Positions 36,166-45,128 of a stretch of 64,000 bases of DNA are shown here, piece by piece; the stretch's first letter is position 1; every line of letters begins with the position of its first letter. Below the pieces are notes generated by a model, which worked only from the letters and a program-made list of their open reading frames with translations, searched no databases and had not been told where the DNA came from. The stretch lies in IMG/VR virus record IMGVR_UViG_2784132107_000001, one strand, 5' to 3'. The DNA is from a virus (lineage: Duplodnaviria; Caudoviricetes). The translations under genes were made by a program, and so were the position numbers.

Positions 36166-36443
36166 AACCGCGTGGCACCTATCACAAACAAACTGCGCAC
36201 ACGCGTACAGCTTGTTTAAGCTAGAAACTTGTGCCAACTTGTTTTTCTGCATTGTACGGTCTGTTCGGGACTTTCAGCGATCCCCCCCACGTACAAACGT
36301 GGCAACAGAACCCACAATGCAGATTATTAAGTTGGTACACGTTTCTAACTTAACACGTAGCACATGCATGTATAGCTTGATGTTTAAGTTAGACATTGGC
36401 GTGCTGTTTGTTCCAGCACCACTAAACCACTAAGGAGTGAGCC

Positions 36444-36566
36444 ATGAAAGCGGTGATGATTGTCTTGTTTGTCGTCGTGTGCATCGTGGGGGCGTTCTTC
36501 GGGTCTGCGGTGGGATACATGCTCGCAGGCAAATTCGGCGCACTGGTCCATGCACTCTCACTCTGA
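36444..36566 (+). CDS. 40-aa membrane peptide
   Basis: TAAGGAG SD; MKAVMIVLFVVVCIVGAFFGSAVGYMLAGKFGALVHALSL. Confidence 0.65.
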   Translation: MKAVMIVLFVVVCIVGAFFGSAVGYMLAGKFGALVHALSL

Positions 36567-36678
36567 GGGCCGGGTTTAATTTCCCCTTGACTACCTACTA
36601 ACATACACATATCTTACGCACTCAATCCCCTAACTTTTGATTCAACCATCTAACATGTAGACAACTTGAGGACGTGCC

Positions 36679-36933
36679 ATGACCCCCGAAGAACTCCAGC
36701 AACTCGTGGAAGCTGTGCGTCAGGCCAACGCGGAAGCCGCGGTCGGACTCGAGCAGCAGCACGACGAGCACTGCAAGGTACGTTGGCGCCGCCGGCTGAT
36801 GGTGTGCGCTGTCGTGGCGGCTGCGCTGTTCGCATGCGGCCACCTGTTCCACATCGAAGAACTGTTCAAGGGCTGGGAGCTGCTCGCCGCTGCCTGCGTG
36901 GACAAGTTCGTGTTCGGTATCGCAGAAGCGTGA
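36679..36933 (+). CDS. Hypothetical membrane protein
   Basis: GAGG SD; 84 aa; one TM segment. Confidence 0.7.
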   Translation: MTPEELQQLVEAVRQANAEAAVGLEQQHDEHCKVRWRRRLMVCAVVAAALFACGHLFHIEELFKGWELLAAACVDKFVFGIAEA

Positions 36934-36948
36934 ACCAGGGAGAAAAAC

Positions 36949-37173
36949 ATGATCGTTTGTCACGACCGGATTATCGCCAAGGCGCGCGGACGCATCCAGG
37001 CCGAACTCGCTGACTGGAGACATGCAGCTGATGCTCGCACGGGACTGAACTATCTATGGTCATACTGTGAAAAGGAGGACCACAACTACATCCGGCAATC
37101 CTGCCGGGATACGCGAACGATCGTCGCAGACGCTGCGCGTGAGATCGCTGAGATCAACTGCATCGAGTTGTGA
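36949..37173 (+). CDS. Hypothetical protein
   Basis: GGAG SD; 74 aa. Confidence 0.65.
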   Translation: MIVCHDRIIAKARGRIQAELADWRHAADARTGLNYLWSYCEKEDHNYIRQSCRDTRTIVADAAREIAEINCIEL

Positions 37174-37246
37174 CTCCAGCTTGGAGTTGATCCAGCCTCT
37201 GCGTTCCCTCGGCTACCTGTAACCCCACACTATATAGAGGTGCGTC

Positions 37247-37351
37247 ATGCGTAGCTCCGCTCCATTCATCCTCGCCACCATCGGCCAGCTCGGGCTCGCC
37301 CTGATCGTGGAGTTCACCAAGCTGGTGGTCTTCACGCAGCCGGTGTTCTGA
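37247..37351 (+). CDS. 34-aa hydrophobic peptide
   Basis: GAGGTG SD; MRSSAPFILATIGQLGLALIVEFTKLVVFTQPVF. Confidence 0.55.
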   Translation: MRSSAPFILATIGQLGLALIVEFTKLVVFTQPVF

Positions 37352-37353
37352 TC

Positions 37354-37473
37354 ATGATGTTCCTCTTTGGATTGATCCTCGGCTGCATCCTGGGATTCAT
37401 TGTCTGTGCCTCGCTGGCCGAGGACGATGACGACGATGACGACGATGACATGGAGTGGGATGGAACCCTGTAA
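37354..37473 (+). CDS. 39-aa TM peptide with poly-Asp tail
   Basis: MMFLFGLILGCILGFIVCASLAEDDDDDDDDDMEWDGTL. Confidence 0.6.
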   Translation: MMFLFGLILGCILGFIVCASLAEDDDDDDDDDMEWDGTL

Positions 37474-37512
37474 CCCACACACCCCAACCCCGCAACACAC
37501 AAGGAGTTCGTC

Positions 37513-37833
37513 ATGAGTAGCACCCATAGCAGCACGTATAGCAGCACTTATAGCGTCAACTCGAAGATCGACGCGCTGGTCGAAGAGAACATGAAGCTCA
37601 AGGCGCAGCTCGCTGACCGCGACGACGACCTCAACGATGAGATCGAACAGCTGCGTGATGTGATCGTAGCGCAGGCCATCAAGATCACAGGACTTGAGCG
37701 GAGCGTGGACGAGCTGGCAATTGATCTGGCACGTGAGTCGAACGCACACGAGGCAGCTAAGGCCAGCCGCTCACCCCACACAGTATATAGAGGTGGATCC
37801 GGCGTAGCTCCGCTCCCTTCGCCCTCGCCCTGA
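37513..37833 (+). CDS. Coiled-coil protein
   Basis: AAGGAG SD; 106 aa. Confidence 0.7.
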   Translation: MSSTHSSTYSSTYSVNSKIDALVEENMKLKAQLADRDDDLNDEIEQLRDVIVAQAIKITGLERSVDELAIDLARESNAHEAAKASRSPHTVYRGGSGVAPLPSPSP

Positions 37834-38081
37834 TCGTGGAGTTCACCAAGCCTTCATAGGCGTGCGCCTTAACGGCTGCTCCGGCCATCCGAGTCAACCA
37901 AGCTTCTGTCATAGGCACGCCACCCGCGCAGGGGGATGAGGTGTTCTCTGGTTCTCATCCCAGCGCCACATCTGTGCGGGCGTTAGCACAAGTAACGGAA
38001 GCAAGCCGGATTCAAGGACTGCTCCACGCCCTCGGGCGTGGAGTCAGGCCGGAACCTACTAACTTGTTATGAGGTGACACC

Positions 38082-38402
38082 GTGAATGACGCAGTCAACC
38101 AGCACATGGATGTGCTGATCGAGAAGAACCTGGCCCAACACGACCGGATCGTGTCACTTGAGGAGACCAACGCAGCGCTGCGCCACCTGCTCGCCGAAGC
38201 CTCCAAGGAGATCGCCACGCAGGGCGACATGATCAAGGAGCTTGAGGTGATCACCGAAGCGCAATGTGGAAAGCTCACCGAAGCCCACATCGAGATCGTC
38301 CGCTTGCGCACGCTGATCGCCGAAGCCTCCAAGGAGATCGTCCGCCTGCGCAAGCTGATCGCCGAAGTCTACAACATAGTCAAGAGAAGAGGTAAGCCAT
38401 GA
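38082..38402 (+). CDS. Coiled-coil protein with internal repeats
   Basis: GAGGTG SD; L(L/I)AEASKEI and EIVRLR repeated. Confidence 0.7.
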   Translation: MNDAVNQHMDVLIEKNLAQHDRIVSLEETNAALRHLLAEASKEIATQGDMIKELEVITEAQCGKLTEAHIEIVRLRTLIAEASKEIVRLRKLIAEVYNIVKRRGKP

Positions 38403-38521
38403 GAACCCGAGGTCTGTTCCTGGTGCTGGCCACCACACTGGTGGCGCCGCATCTGTCGCTCAACACGGCCCTCGCGCTCGGCGCGGTGTGGATCGTGCTG
38501 TGGTTTCTGTCATGGATCTGA
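38399..38521 (+). CDS. 40-aa membrane peptide
   Basis: GAGGT SD, ATGA coupling; MRTRGLFLVLATTLVAPHLSLNTALALGAVWIVLWFLSWI. Confidence 0.55.
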   Translation: MRTRGLFLVLATTLVAPHLSLNTALALGAVWIVLWFLSWI

Positions 38522-38532
38522 GGAGCATGGGC

Positions 38533-38856
38533 ATGAGCACATTCCGTAACATCAGGGTGTTCGTCGACCCCAACATGCCAGCGACATTCCGCTGGGTGAA
38601 CGTCATAGATGGGCCGACCGTTGGCTTCGATGGCGAGATGGTCGTGGCGGTGTACTTCGGTATGGGTGCGCGTAACTCGATCTGGGTGCTCGCTGAGTGG
38701 CGCGAGGCGATCGAGAAAACCCCCCTCGCCACCATGCGGATCGGCCCGGAGCATACACCCATCGAGACAGTACCGTGGACTGACCTGATCGCGAAGATCG
38801 ACGCGCTCACGGTTGATGCTGTGGTTCAACTCGTGCGCGAACGCATGGAGGTGTGA
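38533..38856 (+). CDS. Small early protein, ends LVRERMEV
   Basis: AGGAG SD; cassette array 1. Confidence 0.75.
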   Translation: MSTFRNIRVFVDPNMPATFRWVNVIDGPTVGFDGEMVVAVYFGMGARNSIWVLAEWREAIEKTPLATMRIGPEHTPIETVPWTDLIAKIDALTVDAVVQLVRERMEV

Positions 38857-38857
38857 G

Positions 38858-39133
38858 ATGGACGATATAACGGATGACCTGAAGAAGAAGCTGAACCCAG
38901 GCTACTGGGAGCGCGACCATAGCGAGGTCCTGTTCAATGCCGTCGTCATCGCCTACCACATGGGCAGGCTGCTGCAGGATGAGCGGCTGATCAATATCGA
39001 CATGGATGTGTACGACTGGGCGGTGCAGTTCGAGATCGAGTGGCGTGCGATCGAGGGATACCGAAGTGATCCATGGGTGAAGCTGCGCGAGTTCACCTCG
39101 CTCAAGCTCGTAGAGAAACGCATGGAGGTGTGA
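38858..39133 (+). CDS. Small early protein, ends LVEKRMEV
   Basis: GGAGGT SD; flanked by 23-bp direct repeats. Confidence 0.75.
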   Translation: MDDITDDLKKKLNPGYWERDHSEVLFNAVVIAYHMGRLLQDERLINIDMDVYDWAVQFEIEWRAIEGYRSDPWVKLREFTSLKLVEKRMEV

Positions 39134-39134
39134 G

Positions 39135-39404
39135 ATGGATGAAGATGCGATCAACGAGTTGTGCACCAACGCCATGCAGATCGGGTTCTTTCTTGCGCAG
39201 TATGGCAAGGGCAGCATCGAGGACGTGAAGGCCGACGTGCTCGACATCGCGCGCCAGTGTGAGAGCGCATGGCGCGCGTACTGTGAGGAGTGCCACGACG
39301 AACGGGCCAAAGGCGGAACACCTGCGCAGATGACGTTTGTCGACTGGTGCAGCGAGTGGTGCGCCGTGCAGGTTGTGCTCGAACGCATGGGCGTGTCGGA
39401 GTAA
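39135..39404 (+). CDS. Small early protein, ends VVLERMGVSE
   Basis: GGAGGT SD; 89 aa. Confidence 0.75.
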   Translation: MDEDAINELCTNAMQIGFFLAQYGKGSIEDVKADVLDIARQCESAWRAYCEECHDERAKGGTPAQMTFVDWCSEWCAVQVVLERMGVSE

Positions 39405-39460
39405 CGCACCTATCACGCGCGCAAAACGTCAACATTTTTAAGGTGCAGAGGAGAAGGACG

Positions 39461-39640
39461 ATGAGTGACATCGACAACACTCTGAAAAACCGCCGCTGGT
39501 ACATGCGGCAGCGCATCACGTGGCTGACCAACGCCATCGAGCGGGTCGAACGCGGTGAGCCGTACAGCATCACGCTGGACGTGCTGAAGCGCAACCTGGC
39601 GGACAGCGTGGTGATGCTCATGGAGATGGAGGAAACATGA
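39461..39640 (+). CDS. Small early protein
   Basis: GAGGAGAAGGA SD; MSDIDNTLKNRRW. Confidence 0.7.
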   Translation: MSDIDNTLKNRRWYMRQRITWLTNAIERVERGEPYSITLDVLKRNLADSVVMLMEMEET

Positions 39641-39978
39641 AGAAGAACCTGTGCGAGTTGAAGCCGATCCTCGTCGAGCTGGAGGACGGGGATGGCCACG
39701 AGGTCGACGGCTACCACTGGGTCAAGCTGTTCGAGAACATGCTGTTCATCCTGTTCGACCCGGAGTATGAGCTGTGTGGCGTATCGCAGGAGGGCAGCGG
39801 CGGCACTACCTACGTGACGGAGGACTTCTTCCCGATGGCTGACCTGAACTGGGGCAGCGGCCGGGGCGAGAGGCCCCAGGACACAGTCGTGGCGGTCTCG
39901 CAGGAGGAGCTTCAGCAGCTCGTCCACGAGCGCATGTGCCAGCACACCATTGAAATGCTTCAGGAGCGCATGACATGA
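39637..39978 (+). CDS. Small early protein, ends MLQERMT
   Basis: GGAGG SD; ATGA coupling. Confidence 0.75.
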   Translation: MKKNLCELKPILVELEDGDGHEVDGYHWVKLFENMLFILFDPEYELCGVSQEGSGGTTYVTEDFFPMADLNWGSGRGERPQDTVVAVSQEELQQLVHERMCQHTIEMLQERMT

Positions 39979-40241
39979 GCAGCCACGCAGAGCGGGAGCA
40001 CGACGATCAGTTGCTGATCGAGAACGCGATCGAGATCGCGCTGTGGGTTGGGCACACCGGCTACAGCCCGGGCAGCGAGGCGCTGGACGAAGCCGGCGGC
40101 ATCAGCGCGTGGATACAGGATCGCGCGGTGCAGTTCGAGAAAGAGCACAAGGACGCGGACTGGGACGACCTCCGCGGATACTACGATGCGATCGAGGACT
40201 GGATCACGGCGTATGCCGTTGCGCAACGCATGGAGAACTGA
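39975..40241 (+). CDS. Small early protein, ends AVAQRMEN; resembles 38858..39133
   Basis: Shared ERxH..L..NA..IA..G and AVQFE segments. Confidence 0.75.
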   Translation: MSSHAEREHDDQLLIENAIEIALWVGHTGYSPGSEALDEAGGISAWIQDRAVQFEKEHKDADWDDLRGYYDAIEDWITAYAVAQRMEN

Positions 40242-40242
40242 T

Positions 40243-40419
40243 ATGGCCAAGTCATTCGTATACAACCGGTTTGATATCGTGCCAAGCGGCAACGAGATCC
40301 CCGATGCAGAAGGCGAGTGGGTCAAGGCACAGGACGCCCTCGATCGCGAAGCCGTGCTGCAGGCGAAGATCCGCACGCTCGAAGTCCAACTGAAGGACCT
40401 CAAGGAGGGTGAGGCGTGA
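40243..40419 (+). CDS. Small early protein
   Basis: MAKSFVYNRFD..GEWVKAQDA plus coiled coil. Confidence 0.7.
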   Translation: MAKSFVYNRFDIVPSGNEIPDAEGEWVKAQDALDREAVLQAKIRTLEVQLKDLKEGEA

Positions 40420-40580
40420 ACCCCTACCAGCTGCGTGAGCTGCTGGCCAGCAGCAACATCCACACCCACGACTACGAGCCGACAGGCTGCCTCGATGCGC
40501 CGGACCTCATACCCGATGGCGCGACCCGGCTGCTGACATGGTGCGAGCCTCGCAGGATGGGCAACCGGGAGGGAGCATGA
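40416..40580 (+). CDS. Hypothetical 54-aa protein
   Basis: GTGA coupling; GGAGGG SD. Confidence 0.5.
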   Translation: MNPYQLRELLASSNIHTHDYEPTGCLDAPDLIPDGATRLLTWCEPRRMGNREGA

Positions 40581-40669
40581 ACGACATTAGAGTGCTTCTC
40601 ATTACGGCGCTGGTGATGCTCGCCATCAGTCTGGATCTGATCCTCATCTTCCTGCATAACCTGTTTTAA
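40577..40669 (+). CDS. 30-aa membrane peptide
   Basis: MNDIRVLLITALVMLAISLDLILIFLHNLF; ATGA coupling. Confidence 0.5.
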   Translation: MNDIRVLLITALVMLAISLDLILIFLHNLF

Positions 40670-40675
40670 TTTACT

Positions 40676-40702
40676 TGCTAACAGGACATACACACGTTAG
40701 CA
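40676..40702. promoter_or_regulatory. Operator-like inverted pair TGCTAAC-N13-GTTAGCA enclosing CATACACAC
   Basis: The same elements recur at 31761-31800, 34319-34341 and 50807-50854, all in or at the edge of intergenic gaps. Confidence 0.6.
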
Positions 40703-40728
40703 TCTAACCTACATTTCGTGAGGTACTT

Positions 40729-40947
40729 ATGGACCCGGTGCTCAGGCGGTTTACAGCCGTTGACTGGATCGGCGTCATCGCCACGGTGGCAATGGCGTTC
40801 GTGGTTGCGTGGTCGTTCTGGATGCGCGACTGGATCGGTGTGGCGGCTCTCAGCATCTCGCTGGCGATGTGGACGTTCGCTTGCTGGCGCACGTACGTGC
40901 GGCGCAAGAAGCAGATGCTCGAAGAGATTTTCAACAGGATCATGTGA
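40729..40947 (+). CDS. Two-TM membrane protein
   Basis: GAGGT SD; 72 aa. Confidence 0.7.
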   Translation: MDPVLRRFTAVDWIGVIATVAMAFVVAWSFWMRDWIGVAALSISLAMWTFACWRTYVRRKKQMLEEIFNRIM

Positions 40948-40950
40948 GCC

Positions 40951-41094
40951 ATGGACAGCGAACCGAAGGACCCGGAGCGGCAGGCGAAGATCAGGAGCAT
41001 CCGGCTGGTACTGCGCCGCGAGTGGCTCACGCCGGCTGAGCGGCTGGAGCTGGAGGCTGCACTCTTACGGCTGATCGGCCACCAGGAGAAGTGA
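40951..41094 (+). CDS. Hypothetical 47-aa protein
   Basis: MDSEPKDPERQAKIRSIRLVLRREWLTPAERLELEAALLRLIGHQEK. Confidence 0.55.
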   Translation: MDSEPKDPERQAKIRSIRLVLRREWLTPAERLELEAALLRLIGHQEK

Positions 41095-41400
41095 ATGTCC
41101 TCGCCAAAAAGACGTATCGCCCAGGTGTTCCCGGCGGAACTGGACGACCTGCCCGACCTCAACTGGATCGGCCTGTTCGAGAACAGGGTGCTGGTCCTCG
41201 TCAGTAAGGACGGCCCGGTCGCCGTGACCCGCGGTGGAGCATGCGACGACACGCTGGTGACAGCGGAGTACGCCGTGCCGCTGACACTGCGCTTTGAGGA
41301 CGACATCATCAAGACCGTTCCCCCCGACGAGCTGGCGGAGGCCATCAACGAGCGCAGCCGGGAGGCCATGCTCGAATACCTGTCCAGCCGATTCGATTGA
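41095..41400 (+). CDS. Small early protein
   Basis: AGGAG SD; 101 aa. Confidence 0.7.
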   Translation: MSSPKRRIAQVFPAELDDLPDLNWIGLFENRVLVLVSKDGPVAVTRGGACDDTLVTAEYAVPLTLRFEDDIIKTVPPDELAEAINERSREAMLEYLSSRFD

Positions 41401-41480
41401 CTGCTTACTTAGGAGTGCGACACGTCAGGTTTTGGTTCATCCCCCCAGCAGTAACTTACTAACCAGGTTAGGAGCATCAA

Positions 41481-42488
41481 ATGAAATTCGCAGACATCCA
41501 TACGTCGGTCATGAAGCAGTTCGCCACCACCAACCGCATCGTGCCGTTCATCCTCGGCAAGCCCGGCGGCGGCAAGACGGAACTTGGCCGCAAGGTAGGA
41601 CGTGACTTCGCGTTCGCAGATGGCGGCGGCTTTGACAAGGTGATCGAGTTCAACGCATCGCTGCGCGATCCGGTCGACCTGCTGGGCACGCCGAACAATA
41701 CCGGCGAGTGCACCGTGTGGGTGCCGCCGAAAGAACTGTATGACCTGCGCCAGGGCCGCAACCTGCTGATCCTCGAAGAGCTCAGCGACGCGTCGGTGCC
41801 GATGCAGAACGGCCTGTGCGGTCTGATCCATGACCGCAAGCTCAACGAGCTGCACCTATCACGCGACACGTACATCATCGCCACGGGCAACCGCACGGAA
41901 GACAAGTCCGGTGCGAACCGCATCACGTCGAAGCTCGCCAACCGGACGCGGCGCTTTGACTTCGACGAGAACATCGACGACTGGTGCGAGTGGGCGCTCA
42001 ACGCGGGCATCGACATCATGCTGATCCAGTTCCTGCGCTTCAAGCCCAACCTGTTGTCCGACTTCGATCCGAACCGCTTCCAGAACCCCACTCCCCGCTC
42101 GTGGGAGCGCGTGTCGCTGATCCCGGAGGACCTCGATGCGGACCTGTTCTACGGCAACGTGGCGGGCGAGGTGGGTGAAGGCGCGGCGGCTGAGTTCACG
42201 GCCTTTCGCAAGGTAGCCGCAAACCTGCCGAACATCGACAACATCATCATGAACCCGGCGACGGCACCCGTGCCCGAAGGCGACCCGGCGGTGATGTATG
42301 CGCTGACCGGCGCAATCGCACAGCGCACGTCCAAGGACAACCTGGACCGCATCAACGAGTATATGGACCGGTTGCCGGTGGACTTCTCCGTGCTTTTTAT
42401 GAGTGACGTGGTGAAGATGAAGCCCGAGGTGAAATCGACAAAAGCCTTTGTGGGCTGGGCGGTAAGGAACGCCAGTGTCTTAGTGTGA
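41481..42488 (+). CDS. MoxR-type AAA+ ATPase
   Basis: Walker A GKPGGGKT, Walker B LLILEEL, sensor-1 IIATGNR, Arg finger LANR, PTPRSW. Confidence 0.88.
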   Translation: MKFADIHTSVMKQFATTNRIVPFILGKPGGGKTELGRKVGRDFAFADGGGFDKVIEFNASLRDPVDLLGTPNNTGECTVWVPPKELYDLRQGRNLLILEELSDASVPMQNGLCGLIHDRKLNELHLSRDTYIIATGNRTEDKSGANRITSKLANRTRRFDFDENIDDWCEWALNAGIDIMLIQFLRFKPNLLSDFDPNRFQNPTPRSWERVSLIPEDLDADLFYGNVAGEVGEGAAAEFTAFRKVAANLPNIDNIIMNPATAPVPEGDPAVMYALTGAIAQRTSKDNLDRINEYMDRLPVDFSVLFMSDVVKMKPEVKSTKAFVGWAVRNASVLV

Positions 42489-42492
42489 TGCC

Positions 42493-42804
42493 ATGAAACG
42501 CCACCGTTACCACATGGACATCCAGAAGGGGCTCATCCTGGTCAACGGTGGCGTGTCCCACCCCAACGGCTGGATGATCCTGCGCAGCGGGGACTTGAAC
42601 AAAGCATGGCGCCGCTACTACCCGCCGGGCTACAACGAGAGATTCGCCGGGAGGGACGACGCGAGGGCCACGCTGGTGCGCCACTACACCGGCAGCCAGG
42701 AGTGGTGGGTCTCGTGGGTGAGCGGCCCGGAGACAGGCAGTGAGATCGGTCCGTTCCCGAGCAAGGCAGCGGCGTGGGCCGCGTACAAACTGTTAACGAG
42801 TTAG
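42493..42804 (+). CDS. Small Trp-rich protein, GPFP family
   Basis: Ends EIGPFPSKAAAWAAYKLLTS. Confidence 0.7.
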   Translation: MKRHRYHMDIQKGLILVNGGVSHPNGWMILRSGDLNKAWRRYYPPGYNERFAGRDDARATLVRHYTGSQEWWVSWVSGPETGSEIGPFPSKAAAWAAYKLLTS

Positions 42805-42813
42805 GAGGTTGGT

Positions 42814-43314
42814 ATGGGTACAGATATCCACATGGTGCTCGAACGCGAGCACAACGGTAAATGGGTGGGCGTGCACAACTTCGACAGCAGGCACATGGAA
42901 TACAACGAGGCCACGCGGCAAGCAGTGGTGGCGTACAACGCCACGCTGGGGAGTGATGTTGAGTACGGCCTGCGCGCACAGCTGCCCATGTACTGCGACT
43001 GGGGTGTGCGACACCGGAACTACGCCCTGTTCGGTTCGCTGGCGAATGTGCGGCGGGATGGCGATGGCGCACCAGATCCGAAAGGCGTACCGGACGACGT
43101 GTCCGACCTGGCCAGAATGGAGATCGATGGCTGGGGCATCGATGGACATAGCCACACATGGTGGACGCTGCGGGAAGCGCTGCCGGTGTTCGCCGCGCAT
43201 ATATGCCCCGAAGACCTCCTGGGCGAAGAGCGCAAGAGGCTGTCGAGCAGGCTGTTCGAGGTCGACGAGGAGGATGTAGACCAGTACCGGCTGATCATCT
43301 GGTTCGACAATTGA
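42814..43314 (+). CDS. Conserved phage hypothetical protein
   Basis: MGTDIH, RNYALFGSLANVR, HSHTW, RLIIWFDN. Confidence 0.8.
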   Translation: MGTDIHMVLEREHNGKWVGVHNFDSRHMEYNEATRQAVVAYNATLGSDVEYGLRAQLPMYCDWGVRHRNYALFGSLANVRRDGDGAPDPKGVPDDVSDLARMEIDGWGIDGHSHTWWTLREALPVFAAHICPEDLLGEERKRLSSRLFEVDEEDVDQYRLIIWFDN

Positions 43315-43323
43315 GGGTCAATC

Positions 43324-43638
43324 ATGAAGATCACCTTCAAGCATCGCAATGGCAGGCATGATGACGTGCCCGGCTGCATCCCGTCCAACCTCACAACGAT
43401 CTTCTACGATGAGCAGGGGCAAGGCGGCCGGATGATGTGGCTTTCGGTACTCCATGATGCACCCACGTGGCTGTACTGCGGCGGGGATAGCCCGGACCTC
43501 TGGGAGCGTACCGTGGTTCGCCATCCGGGCGGGGGCTGGTATATCCATGCCTGGGACACCAGGTTTCCCGGCGAGCCGTCCCAGCGTTTCCCTTGCCGCA
43601 AGGCAGCCTTCACGGCTGCGCGCGTGCTGGGGTTCTGA
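43324..43638 (+). CDS. Small Trp-rich protein, GPFP family
   Basis: Starts MKIT, ends RFPCRKAAFTAARVLGF. Confidence 0.7.
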   Translation: MKITFKHRNGRHDDVPGCIPSNLTTIFYDEQGQGGRMMWLSVLHDAPTWLYCGGDSPDLWERTVVRHPGGGWYIHAWDTRFPGEPSQRFPCRKAAFTAARVLGF

Positions 43639-43639
43639 G

Positions 43640-43969
43640 ATGAAGATCATCAAGAAGGTCCACAGGCAGGTCCAGACCGTGGCTGAGCGGTCCTACTACC
43701 TGATGGAGGATGAGGACGGCGGCAGGTGGGAGACCGACTTCCGCAACGATGCGATGCTGGTGTTTCCTCCCCGATGGCTCGCCAGTAACGGCACCCATAT
43801 CTGGATGATTGCGCGGTGGCGCGGTGGCGGCTACTGGCTGTGCCATTCATTCACCGAGGCATGGGTCGTCGACGACCGTCTCCGCAAGCAGTCCGAGCCG
43901 ATCCCCGAGATCGGTCCGTTCCCCACACGCAGGGCGGCGATCGCCGCGATGAGGGTGTTGCATTCATGA
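43640..43969 (+). CDS. Small Trp-rich protein, GPFP family
   Basis: Starts MKII, ends EIGPFPTRRAAIAAMRVLHS. Confidence 0.7.
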   Translation: MKIIKKVHRQVQTVAERSYYLMEDEDGGRWETDFRNDAMLVFPPRWLASNGTHIWMIARWRGGGYWLCHSFTEAWVVDDRLRKQSEPIPEIGPFPTRRAAIAAMRVLHS

Positions 43970-44196
43970 AGATCATCGAGAAGCAGGTTGAGACGGAGAG
44001 CTGCTACCCCACCATCAAGCTGGAGAACGGCTGGACGATCGTGTTCCGCGGCGAGGTGACAGAGGTGTGGGTGGACCAGAAGATCTTCGCCCTCAAGGAC
44101 GAATCGGGCTGGCGCCCTTACCGGCTGTCCGCAAGATGGAGCAGCGACGAACGCTACCCGTCCCGCCTGGCGGCGATGGTGGCAGCGAGGATGTAG
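43966..44196 (+). CDS. Small protein, GPFP family
   Basis: Starts MKII, ends RYPSRLAAMVAARM. Confidence 0.7.
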   Translation: MKIIEKQVETESCYPTIKLENGWTIVFRGEVTEVWVDQKIFALKDESGWRPYRLSARWSSDERYPSRLAAMVAARM

Positions 44197-44237
44197 GCAG
44201 TAAACCCCCCACTACTGAATAACTTAGGAGCAGCATC

Positions 44238-45128
44238 ATGGACATGCGTGCAACCCCCCTGTGCGCCAAAGCAATGCTCGTCAAACTGACGATCCGCCGC
44301 GCGAACCTGTCGCGCCGGGACGCTGCGGCCGAGACGCTGATCCAGCAGACGCTGGACGACGCCAGCCTGATCGTCAGCAGCAAGCTGTTCCGCGACAAGG
44401 CCAACCCCGTCAACCGGATCATGTCGACGGCCGCCGAGGTCTACACCTATCACAAAAAGCATACGCTACCGTGGGCCGACAAAGGTCCGCGGCTGCTGCC
44501 CAACGGGCTCTACTTCGAATACCGTGACGCCATGCGCCACCGCATCGCCCAGGTGGACGCGATGCTCAACGAGCACATGCCGCACTACGACTCGTATGTG
44601 AGCACGGACATCGCCTGCCGCAGCAAGTCACTCGGCGCGGCCTCGCGTGCCCAGGTGGGGGACTACCCTTCGGCGGAACAGTTCAGGGAGCGTATGGGGT
44701 TTGACCTGCGCTTCTCCCCGCTGCCCGACAGCCAGCACTTCCTGTTCGATCTGTCCGCCGAAGACCAGGCGGGATTCGAGCAGGCGCTCACCGATGCGCG
44801 CATCGGCGCACGCAACGATGCAGTGCGCAGGATGTTAGAACCTACCCAGCATCTGGTTAGCAGGTTGAACGTCCCAATCGGCGAAAACGGGAGTATATTT
44901 CGTGACTCGGCGCTCACCAATGTGGTGGAAGGGATCGACCTGGCGAGGAAGCTGACGCTGGACGAAGACCCCGATATCACGGCGGTGACGGAAGAGCTGG
45001 CGAAGGCGGTGCGCAAGTGCGTGGACGGCAAGGAGCTGCTGCGTGAGTCGCCTGCCACGCGCGAGGCGGCGGTGAAGAAGCTCGAGCAGCTGGCCTCGCA
45101 GATGAGTGCGTTCATGGTGGGAGTGTGA
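44238..45128 (+). CDS. DUF3150-like helical protein associated with the AAA/VWA pair
   Basis: 296 aa; HTLPWADKGPRLLP, DYPSAEQFRERMGF, IFRDS; TTAGGAG SD. Confidence 0.65.
   Translation: MDMRATPLCAKAMLVKLTIRRANLSRRDAAAETLIQQTLDDASLIVSSKLFRDKANPVNRIMSTAAEVYTYHKKHTLPWADKGPRLLPNGLYFEYRDAMRHRIAQVDAMLNEHMPHYDSYVSTDIACRSKSLGAASRAQVGDYPSAEQFRERMGFDLRFSPLPDSQHFLFDLSAEDQAGFEQALTDARIGARNDAVRRMLEPTQHLVSRLNVPIGENGSIFRDSALTNVVEGIDLARKLTLDEDPDITAVTEELAKAVRKCVDGKELLRESPATREAAVKKLEQLASQMSAFMVGV

Noticed and set aside
34529-36433. ORF-track calls in the control region (34529..35098, 35400..36092, 35826..36224 etc.)
   Set aside because: No SD, atypical composition; they overlap hairpin and repeat arrays better explained as non-coding
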